From Thermodesulfobacteriota bacterium (lineage in GTDB: Bacteria > Desulfobacterota > Binatia > Bin18), in the NCBI GenBank assembly GCA_964291405.2, contig OZ219926.1:1184001-1248000 (forward strand): a stretch of DNA of 64,000 bases, in the 5' to 3' direction. The notes below the pieces were generated by a model. That model was not told the DNA's origin, ran no database searches, and saw only the letters and a list, made by a program, of their open reading frames with translations. Position numbers and translations under genes: made by a program. Of this stretch, positions 49,165-58,303 are shown in pieces. Numbering within the stretch: the stretch's first letter is position 1; each line of letters starts with the position of its first letter.

Positions 49165-50187
49165 ATGCTATCCAATCTGGGTCCGGAGTTGGCCCATGCG
49201 GCAGAGGTCATGACCAGAGATGTCCTGCTCATAAAGCCGGGCGAGACCGTGCTGATTACGGCAGATACCGCCTCGGATATGAACGCGGTCGACGCGATTC
49301 AAAACGCCGCGCATCGACTCGATGCAAAAGTCGCTGTTCTCATCTCACCGCAGTTGCCTTTGCACGGCGGCTTTGCCGAGCCGTATATTACCGAGCCGGT
49401 GAGATCGGCGATAAAAAGCTGCGACGTGTGGATCGAGCTCAACTGGCCCTATATGGCGGGCTCTCAGGCATACGATGAGGCGATGGAAGGCGGACGGGTC
49501 CGCTACTACCTCTCGGTCGGTCTGACCGGAGAGGCCCTGGTGAGGCTGTTCGGGAAATCGGATTTGGATACCGTCTTCGCAGTCACGGACGCTTTCCACG
49601 CCCAGTTGGAGAAGGGGAAACAGTGTCGGATGACCAACTCGCTTGGGTCCGATGTGACCTTCACGATTGGAGATCCCATCACGATCGGCTTGTGTCGAGC
49701 CGATGGGGTCGGTTGCTTTGGCCTGCCGGGAGCAGTGGCCATCATGCCCCAGGAGGAGTCGGTTCAGGGCGTGATCAAACTGGACGCGATCTTTCACGAA
49801 TACTATGCGCTCACCCAGTCGGAGCCTATCACCCTGACCGTGGACGGGAAGATCAGAGAGGTCAGCGGTGGATCGTCTGAGGTCCGCATTCTCGACCGAG
49901 CTCTCAGGCGGGCCGGTGGCGGCGAATATGGCTATGTCATCCACTTTACCTGCGGCATCCATCCAGCCGCCCGATTCACCGGCAACTGCTTTGTCGAGGA
50001 TCAGCGGGTGATGGGAAACAACGCCATCGGCTTGGGCTTGCCTTTCTGGGTACCGGGAGGCGGAGAAAACCATCCCGACGCGGTCATGGCCAAACAGTCC
50101 ATCTGGCTGGAGGGTGAACAGATTGTGAAAGATGGTCTGATAGTCGGACCGCCCTCTCTGGCAGAGGTGGCGGTGGACCTCGCGTAA
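49165..50187 (+). CDS. NicX-like / aminopeptidase (M29)-fold protein
   Basis: KPGETVLITADT, IHFTCG, GGGENHPD; paralog of 22010-23053. Confidence 0.7.
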   Translation: MLSNLGPELAHAAEVMTRDVLLIKPGETVLITADTASDMNAVDAIQNAAHRLDAKVAVLISPQLPLHGGFAEPYITEPVRSAIKSCDVWIELNWPYMAGSQAYDEAMEGGRVRYYLSVGLTGEALVRLFGKSDLDTVFAVTDAFHAQLEKGKQCRMTNSLGSDVTFTIGDPITIGLCRADGVGCFGLPGAVAIMPQEESVQGVIKLDAIFHEYYALTQSEPITLTVDGKIREVSGGSSEVRILDRALRRAGGGEYGYVIHFTCGIHPAARFTGNCFVEDQRVMGNNAIGLGLPFWVPGGGENHPDAVMAKQSIWLEGEQIVKDGLIVGPPSLAEVAVDLA

Positions 50188-50255
50188 AACTTTGGCCCAA
50201 CAGCGAAACAGGCTCACCGGTCTTCGAGGCCGAACAAAATGAGGAGGAAACATAT

Positions 50256-51056
50256 ATGCCGCGTGCACGGGTAAACGGAGTCGAGCTCGCGTATAATTTG
50301 GAAGGATCCGGAGAGGCCCTGGTCTTGCTCCACGGCGGACAAACAGACCAAAGCGTCTATGCCGGCATCCTGCCCACACTCACAAGCCGATTTCGGGTGC
50401 TGAACTTCGACCAACGAGGCTCGGGAGAGAGCGAAAAGCCGGACATCCCCTACAGCATGGCTCTACTGGCGGACGATACCGCCGCGTTGATGGATCATGT
50501 CGGCCTTTCTTCAGCGCATATTGTTGGCACGTCCATGGGCGGCATGCTGGCGCAAGAATTTGGGCTGCGTCATCCAAGCAAGACGCGCTCTCTGGTTATC
50601 GGCTGCGCGGTCGCGGGCGGGCCGTATCCGGTGAGTCTGGGGAGTGAGGAGTCAGAAAAGGCGTTTTCCACCGAAGCCCTCTCCGCGGAAGAGCGGGCGA
50701 GAGCGCTGGCCGAGTCGATTTTCACCCAGGGTTATATAGAGACCCACCCGGAAATCATCCCCGCACTCATTGAGGCTCGGCGCAACAAGCCTATTGACCC
50801 TGTGGCGCTGGGTCATCGTCTCGACGCTGCCTACGCCCATGATACCTACGACCGCTTACCGCATATCTCGTGCCCGACTCTCGTCATTGTTGGCAAGGAT
50901 GATGCAATTATTCCTTGGGAGAACTCTCGGATTATTGCCGAGCGCATCCCTGGCGCAGAACTGGTTGTCTTGGAACCCGCCGGACATGGTTTCTGGCTGG
51001 AGCGACCAGACGAGACGTGTCAAACGATTCTAGAGTTCTTAGGGGAAGGCGGGTGA
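50256..51056 (+). CDS. alpha/beta fold hydrolase
   Basis: LLHG, DQRGSG, GTSMGG, AGHG. Confidence 0.92.
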   Translation: MPRARVNGVELAYNLEGSGEALVLLHGGQTDQSVYAGILPTLTSRFRVLNFDQRGSGESEKPDIPYSMALLADDTAALMDHVGLSSAHIVGTSMGGMLAQEFGLRHPSKTRSLVIGCAVAGGPYPVSLGSEESEKAFSTEALSAEERARALAESIFTQGYIETHPEIIPALIEARRNKPIDPVALGHRLDAAYAHDTYDRLPHISCPTLVIVGKDDAIIPWENSRIIAERIPGAELVVLEPAGHGFWLERPDETCQTILEFLGEGG

Positions 51057-51072
51057 CATCGAGAGCCGTGTA

Positions 51073-51417
51073 TCAAAACCTCGGTTCGTGTCTCGGCACA
51101 AACCGAGTGGACTCAAAACCGTCAACCACCTCCGGCTGCCCGAACAATTCTACTGCTGGCGCAATCTCCGCCAAGGATAATGTCAGAAAAAATAGCCGCC
51201 GCACTTCCCCAGGCATTGCATCAGGGGGAAATTGCTTCAGATATTCAAGGATGACCTCCATGCGGGGAAAGATCGCATCATAAAAGGTCTGGAGCTCTTC
51301 CCTGGTGCTTGACAGACGCCTTCTATTGCGCGCTCTTTCTTCCGCCAGAGCCCACGCACTGACAAAAGGCTCGAGGTCGGTAAACTGACTCGGCAACAAA
51401 CCGTTAGGCATGGGCAC
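51073..51417 (-). CDS. conserved small protein coupled to Rieske type B
   Basis: Paralog of 21658-22008; 3 nt after the Rieske stop. Confidence 0.8.
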   Translation of the reverse strand: MPMPNGLLPSQFTDLEPFVSAWALAEERARNRRRLSSTREELQTFYDAIFPRMEVILEYLKQFPPDAMPGEVRRLFFLTLSLAEIAPAVELFGQPEVVDGFESTRFVPRHEPRF

Positions 51418-51420
51418 CCC

Positions 51421-52638
51421 CTATTGTCCGCTACCGCCTATAAAGTCTTCCGCCACCTTATTCGCGTGTCTGATCATGACCTCCTGATCTTGCAGGGGAG
51501 AGTGCGTTATTGCCCCGGAAGTGAGCCCTCTTTGCACGTTTTCCAGGGTGCTGCCGTCTTCCAGCCACACGTCACGAGTGACGCATCTCGTATATTCCTG
51601 GCTAAACCATTGGGCGGTGTCTTCTGCCTTGGGTAAATACAACCGGGCCTCCCAAAGCGACCGATCGACCGTTATCGGCCACATATAGTGGGTGAGGCAG
51701 AACCCACCAAACAGTAAGAAGTGGAAATTCGGGAAGATATAATAGAGATCAAAAGACCAATTCGGACTTCTGGTCGGATTGAGCACCTGCGGGGGCAGTC
51801 GCTCAAGAAAGGAGCCGGTTGCCTCCGCACTGAGCATCGCCCCGAATCGGGCAGCGAGGGCTTCTACGGGCGTGGGCGTATGGTTCTGATTGCCGTAGCC
51901 CGAGAGCATGCTGTGGCGGTCATAGAGTTTGACGTCGAGGGTATGAACCGCGGGATTTTCTCTATTGGTGAAAAAATCCGGAATCGTATGCGCGTGCAGG
52001 CTCTTGGCGTGATACGCCTCGAGCTGGGAGTCTCGTGCAACTCTCCAGTTGCACTGCAGCTCTGCCTTATAGGAGTAACAGGCCGGTAGCTCCGCAAAGG
52101 GAAATTCTCTCAATACCGTCGCCACCTCGCCCAGATACTGCTGCAAGGTTTCCTGTGGGTTGGGATCCAGATGGATGAAGATAAACCCGCCACAGATGTC
52201 CGTGGTAACCGGAGTCAGAGCATATTCTTTTTTCTCGAAATCAAAGAACATCTCCTCTTCCGGCACCCCGACCAGCTGGCCGTCTGGCGCATAGGTCCAG
52301 CCGTGGAATTTGCACGTCAATTTCTGACACGAACCCGAGCCATGCCAAACTAGCTTATTCCCTCGATGTTTACACACATTATGGAAAGCCCGCACGACTC
52401 CGTCCTGTCCGCGAACCACAAGAATCGAGGTGCTGCCCACGGCAAGGTCCTGAACAAAGTAGTCTCCGGCCTGCGGAATTTCTTCTACTCTTCCGACGTT
52501 GAGCCACACCCGCCGAAAGATCCGCTCACGTTCCAACTCAAAATATTCCGGCGAAATATAGGGCTCAATCGGCGCTGGGCCGGTTCCCAGCTCAGGATAC
52601 TGTGCTGTCCAGCGTGGATTGTTGGTTACAGGCTCCAT
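51421..52638 (-). CDS. Rieske ring-hydroxylating oxygenase alpha subunit ('type B')
   Basis: CKHRG...CKFHGW; DSQLEAYHAKSLH; RDVWLED. Confidence 0.93.
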   Translation of the reverse strand: MEPVTNNPRWTAQYPELGTGPAPIEPYISPEYFELERERIFRRVWLNVGRVEEIPQAGDYFVQDLAVGSTSILVVRGQDGVVRAFHNVCKHRGNKLVWHGSGSCQKLTCKFHGWTYAPDGQLVGVPEEEMFFDFEKKEYALTPVTTDICGGFIFIHLDPNPQETLQQYLGEVATVLREFPFAELPACYSYKAELQCNWRVARDSQLEAYHAKSLHAHTIPDFFTNRENPAVHTLDVKLYDRHSMLSGYGNQNHTPTPVEALAARFGAMLSAEATGSFLERLPPQVLNPTRSPNWSFDLYYIFPNFHFLLFGGFCLTHYMWPITVDRSLWEARLYLPKAEDTAQWFSQEYTRCVTRDVWLEDGSTLENVQRGLTSGAITHSPLQDQEVMIRHANKVAEDFIGGSGQ

Positions 52639-52686
52639 GCTCTCCCTCCTTATCTGAACGTGTTTTGAGGGGAACCTATGGCCAGG

Positions 52687-53082
52687 CTAGAGCAGGTCTG
52701 CCCCGGCCTGAGCACATTCCTCGTCCTGCTGACCCGTCCCCCCACCAACACCGCACCCGCCCTCAAGGACTCCACCGCGCATGATCGCAACGCCCCCCTG
52801 GCTGGCGATCATGTGGCCTCCTTCTGCGGCAACAATCCCGCGCACAATCGGGCTGTCGGCCATCTGTTGGAGGGCGCCACTGGGCCGGGCAAAGCCGGCT
52901 GAAGCGACGGCCTTCCCCTGAGAGCCGTAGACACCGGCCCATAGGGCATCGTCCATACGGTTGAAGGCCATGAGGCGCCCCCCAGCGTCACACACGGCCA
53001 CGCTGATCTTGATGTTAAGCTCCTGAGCCTTGGCTATGGCCCCGGCAACAATGCGGTTCGCTTCCTCTAATGTCAGTGCCAT
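52687..53082 (-). CDS. GlcG/HbpS family heme-binding protein
   Basis: VAVCDAGG, RMD, GKA, GGCGVGG, QDEECA. Confidence 0.9.
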   Translation of the reverse strand: MALTLEEANRIVAGAIAKAQELNIKISVAVCDAGGRLMAFNRMDDALWAGVYGSQGKAVASAGFARPSGALQQMADSPIVRGIVAAEGGHMIASQGGVAIMRGGVLEGGCGVGGGTGQQDEECAQAGADLL

Positions 53083-53204
53083 ACGGTAAACCCTCCTCTC
53101 TCAGTATAAAATTGAACTTGCAAATTCCGGGTAATTTTGCAAACGATGCAGAGGAAAAAGATAGCAGTGTTTGGCCGAGCAACCTACAGGAAAGGAGCAG
53201 TCAC

Positions 53205-53918
53205 ATGAGGGCAGAGAGTCTGGAATATAAAGACGGGGATGTCACGCTCAAGGGATTTGTGGCGCTGGATGACCAGAGCAACCATAAGCGACCCGGCATT
53301 CTGGTGATGCCCGAGGCGTTTGGATTGGGCAAGCAGGCCAAGGACCGTGCTCTGCGGCTGGCCTCACTCGGCTATGCCGCACTGGCGGGCGACCCGTATG
53401 GCAACGGCCTGGAGGTCAGCGATCTTCAGGAAGCGATTAAACACGCAGGGGCCATACGTGAGGATAACACCAAGTTTCGCCAGCGCATCCGCGCCGGACT
53501 CGACGCGCTGACGGCGCTGCCCCAGGTTGATACCGACCGGCTTGTGGTCATGGGCTATTGCATGGGAGGGTCCTGTTCTCTGGAGATGGCGCGGGACGGC
53601 GCACCACTCAAGGGCGTGGTCTCATTCCACGGCGCCTTGGAAACGCAGAGTCCAGCAGAGCCGGGTAAGGTCCAGGCAAAGGTCCTGGTGTGCCACGGCG
53701 CGGATGATCCCTTTGTTCCGGTCGAACATGTCACTGCCTTTGAAGAGGAGATGACCAAGGCCGGGGTGGACTGGCAGGTCATCAGCTACGGCGGCACGGT
53801 GCATAGCTTTACGAACCCGGAGGCCGACGGCTCCATAGAAGGCATTTGCTACAATAAACAGGCGGATGCGCGCTCGTGGCAGGCGATGCAGGCCTTCTTT
53901 GACGAGATTTTCGCCTAG
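53205..53918 (+). CDS. dienelactone hydrolase family
   Basis: GYCMGG, SFHG, HGADDP, HSFTNP. Confidence 0.93.
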   Translation: MRAESLEYKDGDVTLKGFVALDDQSNHKRPGILVMPEAFGLGKQAKDRALRLASLGYAALAGDPYGNGLEVSDLQEAIKHAGAIREDNTKFRQRIRAGLDALTALPQVDTDRLVVMGYCMGGSCSLEMARDGAPLKGVVSFHGALETQSPAEPGKVQAKVLVCHGADDPFVPVEHVTAFEEEMTKAGVDWQVISYGGTVHSFTNPEADGSIEGICYNKQADARSWQAMQAFFDEIFA

Positions 53919-53921
53919 CCG

Positions 53922-54590
53922 CTATCCTGACCGGCCCGACCGGATTGCATACACATCGACCTCTTCACGTCCAGCCATCCAGTCCGTCTCGCGGTGCTGG
54001 ACCTGGACGTGAAAGCGGGCGGCCGCAAGTTGCTCTAAAAATTTTTCGACGCCCTCCCGTCGCGGGTCGCCGAAAAAGGCCATACCTCCCGTTTTGAGCG
54101 TGGCCGCCAGGAGTTGATACATCCAGCCGCCGTCGACCGCCTCGTACAAGACGTCAGCTCCGACAAGCACATCGTACTGGCCAAGCTGCCGCACGCTGCT
54201 CTCATCCAGCCAGCAGCGGCACTGTTCCTGGACACGGGGGACGGTGTTGAGCTCGCAGTTCCGCTGGACCAGCCGCAGAGACTCGGGAATATGATCAAGC
54301 GCAGTGACACGCGCGCCCAGTGAGGCCAGCACCACACTCTCCAGCCCGACCCCGCAGCCAACCACCAAGGCATGTTTGTCGCGCCACCACTCCGCGGGAT
54401 AGGTCGAGGCGAGATGCTGCGACAGAGCGAGGCTCGCCGGCCAGGCCAGATGCCAGTAGTCGTTCGCACCGCAGTACGGACAGCGGGAAAAATCGGGCTG
54501 GACGTTGCGGAGTTCAATCAGACGCACGACGAGCTGCGGCGTGACCCGATACGGGAGAATGCTTTCCTCAAACAGTGGGCGCTCGCTCAT
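53922..54590 (-). CDS. class I SAM methyltransferase (METTL21/Nnt1-like)
   Basis: YWHLAWPAS, GCGVGL, GADVLY, DPRR. Confidence 0.82.
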   Translation of the reverse strand: MSERPLFEESILPYRVTPQLVVRLIELRNVQPDFSRCPYCGANDYWHLAWPASLALSQHLASTYPAEWWRDKHALVVGCGVGLESVVLASLGARVTALDHIPESLRLVQRNCELNTVPRVQEQCRCWLDESSVRQLGQYDVLVGADVLYEAVDGGWMYQLLAATLKTGGMAFFGDPRREGVEKFLEQLAAARFHVQVQHRETDWMAGREEVDVYAIRSGRSG

Positions 54591-54762
54591 ACCTCGGCGA
54601 TCCTTTCGAAAGACATGCCACCATTATCAGGAAAAAGGCGGATGGGGAGACCCATTTTCGCTTGACAGCGACCATTCCGGTGCACTAGGACGGGGACACG
54701 GGGAAATCACGGAGAGCACGCACTATTTCTTTCAGTCAACGTTGAGCGAGAGGAGGGACACT

Positions 54763-55359
54763 ATGGCACGGCTCAGTCTCGTTGATCACAAGCAGATGAG
54801 TCCGCAGTATGCGCAACTGGTGGAACGGGTAAAGAGTGCGGACGGCTATGTCAATTTTTTGAGCATGATGGCCCACCGCCAGGAGGTGGTTGAGCCCATG
54901 TGGCGGGCCTATGTCGATATGTTCGAGGGCGGCGTTGTCGAGCCACCGCTCAAGGAGTTGGTGCGCATCAAAATTGCCTATCTGAACGGGTGTTTATTTT
55001 GACAGGGCTTTCGCTACGCATCGGTGATGCGCAAAGGCCTGACCGAGGAAAAAATCGCCCAGCTTGAGGATTATGAAAACAGCCCGGCCTTTACTCCGCG
55101 CGAGAAAAGCGCCCTCAGATTTGCCGAGAAGCTGGCCATTGACTATGACTCGATTGATAACGACGAGTTCTTTATCGGGCTCCAGCAACATTTTACCGAC
55201 GCCGAGATCGTCGAGCTCGGTATCGTGATCGGATATGACATCGCTTTTGGCCGGCTGCTGCGCGTGTTTGACGCCGACCCGAAGGTGTGTGAGGTTCCAG
55301 AGCATCGCGAGGTTGGCGTAGACGTGACCCAATCCTCCGCTCTGTCCACAGCAAAATAA
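54763..55359 (+). CDS. AhpD/carboxymuconolactone decarboxylase family selenoprotein (CxxU, TGA at 55000-55002)
   Basis: ORFs 54763-55002 and 55024-55359 are in one frame and join into one CMD protein: LKELVRIKIAYLNGCLF-U-QGFR...FTPREKSALRFAE...FTDAEIVEL. Confidence 0.85.
55003..55041 (+). promoter_or_regulatory. putative bacterial SECIS hairpin
   Basis: Lower stem CAGG-G-CTTT/AAAG-G-CCTG, upper stem CGCATC/GATGCG, apical loop GGT 20 nt after the TGA. Confidence 0.7.
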
Positions 55360-55368
55360 TGAATGCCA

Positions 55369-55401
55369 CGGGTGGGTCAGACCGGCCCACCCGCTTCTTT
55401 T
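55369..55401 (+). terminator. Rho-independent terminator
   Basis: CGGGTGGG...CCCACCCG stem followed by CTTCTTTT. Confidence 0.7.
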
Positions 55402-55446
55402 GGATAGCCTACCGGAACGGCTCGGCGCTGTCGTCAAACAGCGCCC

Positions 55447-56676
55447 TCATATCCGTTCGATAATCGTGGCAATGCCCATACCGCCACCGATGCACATAGT
55501 GACCAGCCCGGTGGTTTTATCCTGACGTTCGAGTTCGTCGAGAACGGTGCCCATGAGCATGCTGCCAGTTGCGCCGAGCGGATGACCGAGGGCGATCGCC
55601 CCACCGTTGACGTTGACCGTGTCCGGGTCTATGTCACAGTCGCGCATGGTTTTCAGGGGGACGACCGCGAATGCCTCGTTGATCTCAATCAGGTCAATAT
55701 CCTTGATCGTCATGCCGGCTTTTTTGAGCACCTTTTTGGTCGCCGGAACCGGGGCGGTCAACATGATAATGGGCTCATCCCCCGCGGTTGCGGTGGCGAC
55801 AATCCGAGCGCGCGGCTTCATACCGTGGCTGCGGGCATACTCCGGAGAGGCGAGCAGCAGGGCTCCCGCACCGTCAACAATACCCGACGAATTACCGGCG
55901 TGATGTACGTGGTCGATCTCTTGCACGTCCGTGTAGCGCGACCGCGCCTTTTCGTCGAAACTCAGTGTGTCGCCCTTTTGCACATACTTCCCCAGTTCCG
56001 CAAAGGACGGCGGCAGTTGACCAAGCCCCTTAAGCGTCGTGTTTGGTCGGGGATACTCGTCGTGTTCCAGGATGAGCGTACCGTCAGCATCGCGCACGGG
56101 AATCAGGCTCTTTTTCAAGCGGCCCTCTTCATGAGCCCGGGCGTAGCGCTGCTGGCTCGATAGCGCGAATGTGTCACAATCCTCGCGGCTGAACCCTTCT
56201 CGGGTGGCAATCAAATCGCCGGAGATGCCTTGCTGGACAAGCGGGTGGAGTTGACGCAGATGCCGATTATGGCCGTCAATCCCGCCACGGTCCGCATTCA
56301 TCGGCACGCGAGACATGGACTCCACACCCCCGGCAACCACCAGGTCCTGCTCACCAGCCTTGATACCCATGGCCGCAAAATTGACCGCCTGCTGTCCCGA
56401 GCCGCAGAACCGGTTAATCGTCACCCCGGTCGAATCGTTCGGCCACTCGGCTGCCAGCACGGACATCCGGGCGATGCACATGGCCTGTTCACCATAGGCC
56501 GTCACGCAGCCGACCACCACGTCATCAACATCGCGCGGGTCCAGGTCGTTTCGTTCTTTTGTGGCATTCAGGGCTTGCGCCATGAGTTCCTGGGGATGGA
56601 TCCCTGCCAGCGCACCATCCTTCTTTCCCCGTCCGCGCGGGGTTCGAACGGCATCAATAATCCAGGCTTCACCCAT
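55447..56676 (-). CDS. acetyl-CoA C-acyltransferase (thiolase)
   Basis: [27 protein letters not shown]. Confidence 0.95.
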   Translation of the reverse strand: MGEAWIIDAVRTPRGRGKKDGALAGIHPQELMAQALNATKERNDLDPRDVDDVVVGCVTAYGEQAMCIARMSVLAAEWPNDSTGVTINRFCGSGQQAVNFAAMGIKAGEQDLVVAGGVESMSRVPMNADRGGIDGHNRHLRQLHPLVQQGISGDLIATREGFSREDCDTFALSSQQRYARAHEEGRLKKSLIPVRDADGTLILEHDEYPRPNTTLKGLGQLPPSFAELGKYVQKGDTLSFDEKARSRYTDVQEIDHVHHAGNSSGIVDGAGALLLASPEYARSHGMKPRARIVATATAGDEPIIMLTAPVPATKKVLKKAGMTIKDIDLIEINEAFAVVPLKTMRDCDIDPDTVNVNGGAIALGHPLGATGSMLMGTVLDELERQDKTTGLVTMCIGGGMGIATIIERI

Positions 56677-56751
56677 GACTTCCTCCATCCTTTCCTGTCA
56701 GCTAATTCAGTGAGGCGAGACGGTGCTGCCGACACCGCTGTCACGGCCGGC

Positions 56752-57405
56752 TCAGTGCGGCGAGATGGCCATCGCCATCATGACCGACCGCTCAATTTCG
56801 GCGATCACGCTACCGACTTCGTGACCGATCAGGTCCATCTTGCGCAACTGCTCAATACGGGGAGTGGCCCGTTCGAGTTCCCCGGCGGTGAAGATGTCGC
56901 GCAGGAAACCGGCAGCGTCGACCAAACAGATCATGGCCACATCCCTGGGGTCGGGGATATCATCGGACAGCAACACATCCGAAATCCGCAGTCTGACCTC
57001 GCGTTCGACGCGCCCGTCAATCGTCGGATAGCGTCGCGCCCGGAAGACCCACAGGAATTTCTTGTCCTGGGACTCCAGAATGCCACGTTCAATCAAACTG
57101 GCCAGGGCCTGCTGCCGGATTTCGGTCGTATCCTGGCCGGCCAGGGTTTCTATCCAGCCCCTGGTATCCTTGGGCTGACTGGAGTTCGTAATATGTGCCA
57201 GAGCCTGATCGAGAATCGGATTTCCGGTCGGTGTCGTGTCGAGACAGGTGAGGTGCTCGAGGTCGGTATCAATGCGGTTGGCAAAGGCCAGGTCCATCAG
57301 CACCGCACCGGCGAGGATGTATTCCATCGCCCCGCCCCGGGTTGGCAGGAATGACCCGTCGTCGTCCAGTATCAGCAGCATGATCTCTTCGGCAAAGGTC
57401 AGCAT
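56752..57405 (-). CDS. GOLPH3/Vps74 (GPP34) family protein
   Basis: LTFAEEIMLLILDD, LAGAVLMDL, LIERGIL, FLWVF...RYP. Confidence 0.85.
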   Translation of the reverse strand: MLTFAEEIMLLILDDDGSFLPTRGGAMEYILAGAVLMDLAFANRIDTDLEHLTCLDTTPTGNPILDQALAHITNSSQPKDTRGWIETLAGQDTTEIRQQALASLIERGILESQDKKFLWVFRARRYPTIDGRVEREVRLRISDVLLSDDIPDPRDVAMICLVDAAGFLRDIFTAGELERATPRIEQLRKMDLIGHEVGSVIAEIERSVMMAMAISPH

Positions 57406-57414
57406 AACATATCC

Positions 57415-57750
57415 TCAGGACTGGGCCGTCAGGGCGCTCTCACGCGTGTCGTAGTAGTCGAGCATGGTCAGAAAGCCGCTGCTCTCCATGACGGATTTGC
57501 AGGTCGCCCGGAGCGTGCAGAGCATCAGCTTACCGCCACCCTGTTGGCATTTTCTGGCGCCCACAAGCATGATACGCAGACCGGCGCTGCCGATGTAATT
57601 CATATTGCTGCAATCGAGCAATATCCGGGTATTACCGCGGTCAACGACACCCGAGATATACTTCTCCAGGTCCGGTGCGGTAGAACCGTCAACACGCCCG
57701 TCCAGCGAGACAATAACCACAGAGTCTATCGTTTGCTCTTCAATCTTCAA
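57415..57750 (-). CDS. STAS anti-sigma factor antagonist, copy 2 (TTG start)
   Basis: LDGRVD, YIGSAGLR; GAGGA RBS; near-identical to 57761-58096. Confidence 0.85.
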   Translation of the reverse strand: MKIEEQTIDSVVIVSLDGRVDGSTAPDLEKYISGVVDRGNTRILLDCSNMNYIGSAGLRIMLVGARKCQQGGGKLMLCTLRATCKSVMESSGFLTMLDYYDTRESALTAQS

Positions 57751-57760
57751 CGGCGCGTCC

Positions 57761-58096
57761 TCAGGATTGTGCGGCCAGGGCACCCTCACGGGTGTCGTAG
57801 TAGTCGAGCATGGTCAGGAAGCCGCTGACCTCCATGACGGATTTACAGGTCGCCCGGAGCGTGCAGAGCATCAGCTTGCCGCCACCCTGTTGGCATTTTT
57901 TGGCGCCCACAAGCACAACGCGCAGACCGGCGCTGCTGATGTAATCCATATTGCTGCAATCGAGCAATATCCGGGTATTACCGCGTTCAACCACATCCGA
58001 AATATGCTTCTCCAGGTCCGGTGCGGTGGAACCGTCAACACGCCCGTCCAGTGAGACAATAACCACAGAGTCTACCGTTTGCTCTTCAATCTTCAT
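57761..58096 (-). CDS. STAS anti-sigma factor antagonist, copy 1
   Basis: LDGRVD, YISSAGLR. Confidence 0.9.
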   Translation of the reverse strand: MKIEEQTVDSVVIVSLDGRVDGSTAPDLEKHISDVVERGNTRILLDCSNMDYISSAGLRVVLVGAKKCQQGGGKLMLCTLRATCKSVMEVSGFLTMLDYYDTREGALAAQS

Positions 58097-58303
58097 TGGC
58101 CAGCCTTTCTCTTCGATCTCAACCGACTCGTCGCATTTAACCGTTTGGCTGAGGCAGGGATAGCACAGTGACCGGTAGGCGGCAACCCATTTTTTGGCCA
58201 CCGGCAGAGCCCGCCCGGGGCAATCGGCACCCTTGGCGAGGCGGACGATTGCTGGCAGAATACCCCGAAGTCAAGGGGCTGGACACTACAATCGAACAGG
58301 GAG

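Noticed and set aside
52687-52696. CTAGAGCAGG resembling the MITE end
   Set aside because: It is simply the last codons of the GlcG-like gene; no partner inverted end
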